Origin: Epithemia pelagica
Taxonomy: Eukaryota > Protista > Bacillariophyta
DNA length: 64,000 nt
Reading direction: 5' to 3'
NCBI GenBank assembly: GCA_946965045.2
Contig: OX337237.1
Location: 310,001 to 374,000 of the forward strand
The position numbers and the translations under genes are program-made. Under the pieces are notes generated by a model that searched no databases, was not told the origin of the DNA, and was given only the letters and a program-made list of their open reading frames with translations. Below, piece by piece: positions 56,795 to 64,000 of this stretch. Each line of letters opens with the position of its first letter. Positions within the stretch are counted from its first letter, which is position 1.

Positions 56795-58165
56795 ATGAAG
56801 AAGACGATCCAGCGCCGAGCAATCGGCCTCAGCGTTACCATGATCATTGGGATTGGATTGATTACATTTTCCGTTCTCTTTCAAGTCAACTTAGAGGAAC
56901 AGATCGTCTTTGAAGATGCCGTTCAGGCCTTTGTGTTTAGCCGTTCCTCGAATTTCTCGTCCTCCGTGCTGGAAACTGACCAAGACAAGAGAAAACCACA
57001 ACAAGCAGCAGCAACAGTGCAACAGCGTCCCTCTCGGATTCTAATGGGGGTATTCACGACAATTCGTGATCCACTCATTTATCGAGAGAATTATCGACGT
57101 CTCGCAACCTTGTCGGAAGGTGTCATGTGCAGTCTGAACGCATGTCTCCTCGGTTCCGAATTCGTCACTGTTTGTCGCATTATTTATACTTTTGTGGTGG
57201 CTGGACGAGATGAGGGTCCCACAAAATATCTGCAACGAAACAAAGAGGTTACCCTTCCTCGGCCGACATTCGAACTACCAGCGAAACTTTCCGACTTGGA
57301 CACGGCGCAGGATTTCACCGTGTTAAATATCCTGGAGAATATGGAAGATGGAAAGTCAGAAACCTGGCTCAATTTTGCTTCTCAATTGGTGGAAGAAACA
57401 GAAGGAATCGACTACATTGCCAAGACTGATGGAGACACCTTGCTATATCTGGGCAAGTTTGTCCAGTACCTTGACGCCTTCTTGCCCCCCGCCCCCTACA
57501 ACTCTCACGTGATGATGGGCAAAGCTGCAATACGACACCTGTGGGACGACACGCGAAAGCAAAAAGCCCTGTCGGTCTTGAAGAACCATTACGACGGCGG
57601 CGCAGGATATGGACAATTGCAACTGTACTTTCAAGGGCAGTTTTATGGCATGAGTCCCAATGTGGCTCAAGGAATTGTCCATGAGGCAACACTCGATCGA
57701 GCTCAAAAGTACAAGCAGGGGTATGAGGATTCTGATATTGGTAACATGGCTGACAATTTACCTCACAGTCTCAAGTTTCTTTTCGTCAAGGACCCTGACA
57801 TGTTTTGGAGACATCCAGTCAAGCTGGCGGAAAAGGGGTTTTTCCCTTGCTTGGAGCAAAGAATTTCGCCACCTGGCATCATTCAACGCAGCTTCCAACA
57901 AGACCACCGACGTTACCACCACCAAAACAACAACAACAACGACGACGACGACGACGACGACGAGAAGAACGTTCAGTTAAAGAGACTCGAAATTTTTGAA
58001 AGAAAGATTCTTCTCATTGTGAAGGAGTTTTCCGTTCCACCCGATGAGTTGTTCGTAGAATGTCCGAATGAGGCGGCCGTTCCGTTGAGGGAGGTTCCCA
58101 TGGTCATTCGGAGGAGTTCCGGTTTGCAGTCTGTGGATACTGCTAGGGACGAATGTAAATTGTAG
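56795..58165 (+). CDS. Type II membrane glycosyltransferase (GT31/galactosyltransferase-like)
   Basis: N-terminal TM (LSVTMIIGIGLITFSVLF). NMEDGKSETW, IDYIAKTDGDTLLY (KxDxD motif), QGQFYGMS and YEDSDIG follow. Confidence 0.7.
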   Translation: MKKTIQRRAIGLSVTMIIGIGLITFSVLFQVNLEEQIVFEDAVQAFVFSRSSNFSSSVLETDQDKRKPQQAAATVQQRPSRILMGVFTTIRDPLIYRENYRRLATLSEGVMCSLNACLLGSEFVTVCRIIYTFVVAGRDEGPTKYLQRNKEVTLPRPTFELPAKLSDLDTAQDFTVLNILENMEDGKSETWLNFASQLVEETEGIDYIAKTDGDTLLYLGKFVQYLDAFLPPAPYNSHVMMGKAAIRHLWDDTRKQKALSVLKNHYDGGAGYGQLQLYFQGQFYGMSPNVAQGIVHEATLDRAQKYKQGYEDSDIGNMADNLPHSLKFLFVKDPDMFWRHPVKLAEKGFFPCLEQRISPPGIIQRSFQQDHRRYHHQNNNNNDDDDDDDEKNVQLKRLEIFERKILLIVKEFSVPPDELFVECPNEAAVPLREVPMVIRRSSGLQSVDTARDECKL

Positions 58166-58174
58166 TGCAGATTT

Positions 58175-59089
58175 TGTTGCTTCTCAAATTATGGCTAGTT
58201 ACTAAGTTGGGTGTAGTGTGAGATCGATATTTTTGAGTGTGTGTGCTGAAGGGACATGGTGGAGGCGCATGACCGCTGATACTCGCCCTTGATCGAGGGC
58301 TACCAATGTTACAATTCTTTCTGAATCGTAGGGACATTGGTGCTCGGTAGAGCAGACAATCAGGTAGGTCACCAACCGATACAAGCTTCTCAGGGTCAGA
58401 GAAGCAAGCAAGTCGAAGTCTATCAGAAGGATAGTCGGGACACAAAAGAGGATGTGATAAATGGTGATATTGTTAGATTGTGTGTTGATTACTACGATAG
58501 GTCTACGTGAAATGTTCGGTCCTGCCAAGGGTCATGTGTCATAAGTTCTTGGCGGCAACAGGTTTGGAATAGTTGGAGTTGATTCATGTGATGTATATGA
58601 CATGTATATGTGGGCGGATAACATATACAGGGTCAACAGCTCTTGCTTTGGATTGGCATAGTTGTTTTCATGGCGCGCAGCTTGTTGACAATTTGGAGAT
58701 TGTGGGAATGGAAATATGGTCTCGCGTGATCGTGTGTCGTGCTTGGGATACTTAGACCGTTGGGTCGGATAGATGCCGATAGCGCTCGGATGTCGCTTGG
58801 GCGCGCTCGATGATTTCGGGCGCGTACGCTTAGGGCGTTAGTATAATGTCCGAGCAACGGCCAAATTTACGTCCGTTGTAATACCGCACGACCCAGTTTA
58901 GTCTTGAGAGTGAGTTCGTCAATCTATTCTCACTTTTCATGATTTGCGAAGAAATATAGGTCGATATAGCGCGAAGCTAGGAAACATAGCTCGAAGCTAG
59001 AGGGCATGATGCGATAGCACGAGGCTATGTGACATGGGGAATCGATGAGATGTAGAATCTAACCACCATAGACGGTGAGAATTCTAACA
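58175..59089 (-). repeat. Putative 3-prime LTR (about 915 bp) of the Copia element
   Basis: On the minus strand it begins TGTTAGAATTCTCA directly after a GGGGAG purine tract and ends TGAGAAGCAACA, an imperfect inverted match to the start. The 5-prime LTR is outside the window, so the distal boundary is unconfirmed. Confidence 0.55.
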
Positions 59090-62000
59090 CTCCCCACAAC
59101 TCGTCGTTTCAGCCTTGTCATCATTGGATTTGTTGAGATCTTGAACTTCTCCTTTCCAAAACAGCAATGGCTTGAGCATGGGCCAAATAGATACGAAATC
59201 CCAATGTTTGCTAAGGATATCGGCAGGGTTGGTCTTTCCATCTTTCCAGTAGAATGCAACATACTTTGCTGCGATGGCTTCACGAACTCGGTGGTATGAC
59301 AGAAGATGGTGTCTCTTGGATAGTATGGAATGAGGAACGGTTGCATTGAGCACAACGGATCTGTTATCTCCGTACATGTAACTTCGCTCTCGGATAGGTA
59401 CTGCAAGGTAGCGGAGAGAATGTCGTAATTCTGTAATCTGATCTATTGCTGTCCTTGCAGCCACAAACTCGGATCCATAGGTAGCAGTTTCCACCGTGCT
59501 CTGTCTCTTGCTGTACCAGTCAATAGGTGTTCCGTTCAACAAATGTAGAACAGCAGTGACGGATTTACCAGTGACTATGTCATGCATGAGATTGGCATCA
59601 ACATAATGAGTTGTGGTAACATAGCGGCCAAGAGGTGTTGGGCAGTCTTCAGGAATACGTTCACTTGCATTCGAATAGACAGTGCGAGTCCAATCAAATT
59701 CTTGGGTAGGAAGACTTGAATAATCAGGCTCTCCAATCCTAAATATGATTGCGCCTTCTGGGAGATGTGCAAGGTATCCATAGATACGCTTGGCTCTATC
59801 AAGATGTCCTTTCCTCGGAGCAGCGCGAAAGCGTGATAGCGTCATTGTAGCGGTGATGACGTCGAAACGACCAATAGTGATCACCCATTGGAGTTGTCCA
59901 ATCAGAGTTTGGAAATGGCTAGTACCTTCTTCATCAAGGAGCTCAGAATCATCCAATTCAGGATGGTCTCCACCAATAAGAGGTGTTTTGGCTTTCTTGG
60001 GTTTCTCCTTGAAGATTCGTTCGAAAGTGTCCATCATCTTACCAATGTAGCGTCTTGGATCTGCTACTAATGTTCCATCAGAATCCTTGGTGTAACAACA
60101 TCCCAAATGGAAATCAATAGGTCCATCTCCTTTGAGTTTGAAGTTGTATTTCTCCTTCAGGATCTTGCAGATATTCCCAGGATCAGTAGAAATAATGGCT
60201 AAGTCATCAACGTATACGGCAATGTATTCGTAACAGTCTTCTCCAGGTGCTTTCCTCATCCAGATATCCGGATCTGCTTTGCTTGGTGAAAATCCCATGT
60301 CTGTCAAAACATCGAATAAGACATCATGCCAGCGTGCGCCTGATGACTTCAATCCATAAAGTGCCTTGTATATAATCAGGATGTGACCTTCTAATTCCTT
60401 GAATTCAGGTCCTGCGACAATGAAAATTTTCTCCCCTGTCAAGGCTTCCAGATATGCGTTTCCAATATCTGCTCCCCATATTTCCAAGTCATTCAAAGTA
60501 CCCAGGAATAAGGCAATGCGGAGGTTGCGAATGGAAACAACACCTGAATAGATTGTCTCAACAGGTTCTTTTGTGAGATGTCCATCTGCGACAAGTCTTG
60601 CTTTATGTCGTCCATCATGTTTTACGTCAAAGACAAGATGTACACGTATCTTATGATATCCTTCAGGTGCATTGGATACTTTCCCTTTAATGAAGATGGC
60701 TTTCCCAAAATCCTTGAATGTCTTGTAGGACTGGATCTGTGACAATTCTAATTCTGTTGCATCTTGCCACTTTGTGTTGCCATGTTGTTTATCAAGAGCG
60801 ACAGCTTCCTCATCATTGCGTGGTACTTGGAATCCAAACTTATACTTGACGGAATGGTGAACTTGTTTAATTCTTGACTGTTTGGCTGCTCGAATGAGAC
60901 GTTTGCTTGTTTTGACATAACGTTTCAAATGCTTCCATCCAGGTTCGTTGAGTAAATCATGTTTCTTTCCATAAATTGCTACAGTGATCGGATCATCATT
61001 GGCGATGAGTGATAAAGGTTCATAGGTAGTCTCCCCAGTTTCCCAATCAACAAGCAAATTATATTTGCTCCCCTTGTAATCTGGATCAGTTGTGTTCAGT
61101 GGGCCTTGATGGGCAATGACATCCCTGAACCTGAAAAGATTATCTCCAGAGGTTTGAGCTTGGTTATCTCGTTCGATATACTCCATGAGTTGATTATAGG
61201 ATATCATCTCATCAACATCAGAATTTGTCTTTCGGTAGATGTATTTGACACGTTCTTCCTGTTTCGTTGCTTCTTCATTAAGATCAATGACTCGTTTGAT
61301 GACACGTGCACGATGTCGCTCCCCATTTTCTTCTGTGTCGCATAGGAATGTGCGTCCTATCATGTCGTCAAAATCGATCGTGGGCATTGGTTTGGATGGA
61401 TCTTCACTATCACTGCGAATGAAGACAGTGTCAGCTTGCTTATCATTGTCATCCTTCTCAGACGAATCCTCCCCTGAAGGTCGATCCACACGTAGGTTAG
61501 GTGTAGTGGATTCAACACGGCGAACGGCAGAACGGTAGATTATCTGGTTATCTTGGGTGAGAATCTTCCAAGTAAAAGAATCACCAACGTTGTGAGCAAA
61601 ACCAACCCAGTGGCCAAGTTTCTCATCAGAAGAAGATGGATATGAACCAGAATTGGGTTCAGCGGGGTCGACACGGTAGTAAACCTCATCCCAGAAAGGA
61701 AAGAACAAGAGATGAGTAATGTCGGGTGGGCGTCCGGAGAGAGCCTCAAGAGGAGTGCGACCGGAATGGGTGGGTGATGACGTATGGTTCAATAAGTCAC
61801 AGACATACTCAAGGCAAAGAAGCCAGGTGTTGGCAGGGCAACCAGTGGCATTCATGAGAGCGTTGGTCATACGTTTAACGGTCTGGTAACGGTTTTCAGC
61901 CTTATTCTGGTGTTGATGATAAGGTTCAGATCGATACTCCCCAATAAGCAAAGTGCGAAGAATGTCTTTGACCTTTTGAGAGATGAGAGATGAACCACCA

Positions 62001-64000
62001 TCACTGATAAGAGTCTCCATGGCACCACGAAACCGGATGTTATCCTGAAGAGTATTGACAAACTGTTTGGTTGACTTGATCCCATAGATATCAGTAACCA
62101 GAGTATCTCGACCAACAAAGATTTGTGCGACTTTACCACCATGGTCAACAGCAGGGGTGTCGGAGAAAACCGAGTCAGTAGCAACGGGTTCATGACGTCG
62201 AGGTATATTAAGGACCGGATTGCGAGCCTTGAAATGTTTCTTGAGGGTGTCGTGGTCAAAAGTAATGCTACCATTACGTGTAGTGTGCTTGAACGTATCG
62301 GCAATAACATCTTCAGATTGCCAACCAAAGAATGGACGGAACTTCTTCCAGTCATATGCTTCCTGGTAACGACGGTGGACAGAGGCATGAAGTGTAGGAT
62401 CATTACCTTCTGCGTCAGCATAGATAGAAAAGAAGGGTGCGTCGTCGGGTCCATGATCGTATGGGAGATCCAAAAGGAGATTGAGGTTACAAACAACACG
62501 ATCAGTGTACTCCCCATAGTTGTCATATGGATGGTTCGACATACTACCATCAGTCTTGACGTGTTTCCAATCAGGATCATTGTCAGAGGGTGTGGGAGAA
62601 TACGAATGGTCCAGAACACCAGGATCCCATGTGTCGTGTGACGTGAAGATGATCTGAGGTAAGGTATCCATGTCATCGTCGCTGGGGATACCCAAGGAGT
62701 GGATATAGGCTAACCCATCCTTGATGTGAAGGGGTATGGCACGACCATCAAGTGTAGTGATGCGTTGTTTACCATCAACTTTAACAGATCGTTCATCAAC
62801 AGCAAGTCCGAAATGCTCGAATTGACCAGGAGCATGGATAGATAAGCCCTTTCCATAATAAGCATATTCATTGAAGATGCCGACAATAGGTCCGTCATTG
62901 GTCTCAAACTTTGCGGCACATGTGACGACAGGAAGTCCAGTAAGTTCATGGTTATCAATACCCACAATAGTGATATGGCGGCCAGTCTTAGAAAGGATGC
63001 GCATGTCAGAACCAGCAAGTCCTCCATTAGCACCACGGTCAATCAATTGATTTCCTGGTAAAGTAGATTTCCTGGAAAACAGATAGCGTGGAACATGTCC
63101 TGCTTGTTTATGCATGTTGGTTTTGAAAGTAACCTTCTTGCTCGTCTTGGACTTGGCGTTAGAAAGAACACTAGTCAGGTCAGTTGCCGGGTGATTGATA
63201 TCAGTCGTCATGGCTTGGTTGATAAATTGTGTAACCGGATCTGAATCATCTGAATGCTCAGGGACTATGCCAGGTGAGTCGTCATCAGATGCAACTTGGT
63301 TGGGGTCAGGATCAGGTTCCGGATCAATGTCGAGGGCATGTGTTTGCACTGTCCTCGGTGTTGTTGATGAAGGTGCTTGAATCATCTTGTTATACTCAAT
63401 GATCAACTTGCAATCTTCTTCAGAAAGTTTGAACCATAGGTCACGCGGTAGACTAACCTTGGACGAAGAGGATGGAGATTCAGATGTCGCTTTGGTGTTG
63501 TGGACATGATACTCCATATCATCTTGTGAGGTTATGTCAGCATCTGTATCTTGGCCATATAGTGATTCATGTTGTTTGACATGTCGACGGCGACTATGAA
63601 CAGATGACTGGGTTGCTTGATCATGGTCATAAGCTGCGTCTAGAAGGAGACGGAAGTATGATTGATAGCAAAGGGATTTTGCACCGGATTTGGTGTTCAC
63701 CACATTATCCAAGATCTTGACTCGGCGGAGATCAGGTACCTTTTCTACAGCTTGCATGAGGAAGGTCATCCTGGTATGATCAGGGATGCAATCAGACAAT
63801 GTCACTAAATTGTCTAGCAAACGTAGCTGCTCTTGAAAGTGTAGAAGAAATTGACGTGTTGTTCCGCGCCATGTGTCGTCAAGGCGTAGATTGGAAATGT
63901 AGTTGGTTAAGCGGAGGACTTCTCGCTTTGCTAGGTCGGATTCGGTATGCAAAGAGTGTAACTTCTGCAATACGGCACGCGCATCTTCATCATGTTCATG
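59084..64000 (-). CDS. Ty1/Copia gag-pol polyprotein (CoDi-like), open to the window edge, 5-prime partial
   Basis: Single ORF of more than 1630 aa in Copia order: protease IDRGANGGLAG; integrase VATDSV, LISDGG, NKAENRY; RT YIAVYVDDL; RNase H VDANL, YGSEF, YGDNRSV, NPADILSK. Confidence 0.95.
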   Translation of the reverse strand, partial: HEHDEDARAVLQKLHSLHTESDLAKREVLRLTNYISNLRLDDTWRGTTRQFLLHFQEQLRLLDNLVTLSDCIPDHTRMTFLMQAVEKVPDLRRVKILDNVVNTKSGAKSLCYQSYFRLLLDAAYDHDQATQSSVHSRRRHVKQHESLYGQDTDADITSQDDMEYHVHNTKATSESPSSSSKVSLPRDLWFKLSEEDCKLIIEYNKMIQAPSSTTPRTVQTHALDIDPEPDPDPNQVASDDDSPGIVPEHSDDSDPVTQFINQAMTTDINHPATDLTSVLSNAKSKTSKKVTFKTNMHKQAGHVPRYLFSRKSTLPGNQLIDRGANGGLAGSDMRILSKTGRHITIVGIDNHELTGLPVVTCAAKFETNDGPIVGIFNEYAYYGKGLSIHAPGQFEHFGLAVDERSVKVDGKQRITTLDGRAIPLHIKDGLAYIHSLGIPSDDDMDTLPQIIFTSHDTWDPGVLDHSYSPTPSDNDPDWKHVKTDGSMSNHPYDNYGEYTDRVVCNLNLLLDLPYDHGPDDAPFFSIYADAEGNDPTLHASVHRRYQEAYDWKKFRPFFGWQSEDVIADTFKHTTRNGSITFDHDTLKKHFKARNPVLNIPRRHEPVATDSVFSDTPAVDHGGKVAQIFVGRDTLVTDIYGIKSTKQFVNTLQDNIRFRGAMETLISDGGSSLISQKVKDILRTLLIGEYRSEPYHQHQNKAENRYQTVKRMTNALMNATGCPANTWLLCLEYVCDLLNHTSSPTHSGRTPLEALSGRPPDITHLLFFPFWDEVYYRVDPAEPNSGSYPSSSDEKLGHWVGFAHNVGDSFTWKILTQDNQIIYRSAVRRVESTTPNLRVDRPSGEDSSEKDDNDKQADTVFIRSDSEDPSKPMPTIDFDDMIGRTFLCDTEENGERHRARVIKRVIDLNEEATKQEERVKYIYRKTNSDVDEMISYNQLMEYIERDNQAQTSGDNLFRFRDVIAHQGPLNTTDPDYKGSKYNLLVDWETGETTYEPLSLIANDDPITVAIYGKKHDLLNEPGWKHLKRYVKTSKRLIRAAKQSRIKQVHHSVKYKFGFQVPRNDEEAVALDKQHGNTKWQDATELELSQIQSYKTFKDFGKAIFIKGKVSNAPEGYHKIRVHLVFDVKHDGRHKARLVADGHLTKEPVETIYSGVVSIRNLRIALFLGTLNDLEIWGADIGNAYLEALTGEKIFIVAGPEFKELEGHILIIYKALYGLKSSGARWHDVLFDVLTDMGFSPSKADPDIWMRKAPGEDCYEYIAVYVDDLAIISTDPGNICKILKEKYNFKLKGDGPIDFHLGCCYTKDSDGTLVADPRRYIGKMMDTFERIFKEKPKKAKTPLIGGDHPELDDSELLDEEGTSHFQTLIGQLQWVITIGRFDVITATMTLSRFRAAPRKGHLDRAKRIYGYLAHLPEGAIIFRIGEPDYSSLPTQEFDWTRTVYSNASERIPEDCPTPLGRYVTTTHYVDANLMHDIVTGKSVTAVLHLLNGTPIDWYSKRQSTVETATYGSEFVAARTAIDQITELRHSLRYLAVPIRERSYMYGDNRSVVLNATVPHSILSKRHHLLSYHRVREAIAAKYVAFYWKDGKTNPADILSKHWDFVSIWPMLKPLLFWKGEVQDLNKSNDDKAETTSCGEC

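Larger units (their letters stand above)
58175..64000 (-). mobile_element. Ty1/Copia LTR retrotransposon (partial, continues beyond the window)
   Basis: Intact pol ORF, polypurine tract and LTR-like end. Confidence 0.92.

Noticed and set aside
1-64000. tRNA/rRNA genes
   Set aside because: No cloverleaf with T-loop/D-loop consensus or rRNA-like conserved tract noticed; a tRNAscan-SE/Infernal run would be decisive.

Overview
Eukaryotic, gene-dense window with short GT-AG introns. It is most likely from a pennate diatom, inferred from the CoDi-like Copia element, the intron style and the gene families. Main contents: three paralogous FN3 + P-loop GTPase (AIG1/septin-like) + coiled-coil genes at 0.7-4, 14.6-18.3 and 19.5-22.8 kb; five members of an uncharacterised family carrying RVxF motifs (one at 4.7 kb, four in tandem at 34-41.8 kb), with a PP1 catalytic-subunit gene at 55.6 kb; a SAM-domain protein; two tandem exostosin/GT47 glycosyltransferases; an RCC1+BTB protein; a TPX2-like repeat protein; a sulfotransferase; a GT31-like glycosyltransferase; and an EF-hand gene frameshifted by a 16-bp duplication. 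Decayed and mobile DNA is abundant: a STAND/AAA-TPR pseudogene with four lesions, kinase and MBL-hydrolase relics, a MULE-like transposase with one stop codon fused to a convergent gene fragment, two abutting MITEs (TTA and TA target duplications), a perfect 33-bp hairpin, many exact 8-18 bp micro-duplications, and an intact Copia LTR retrotransposon running off the right end. The best candidates for an undescribed system are the FN3-GTPase cluster (possible innate-immunity-like module) and the RVxF family (possible PP1-targeting subunits). All functional assignments rest on motif recognition by eye; no database searches were run.
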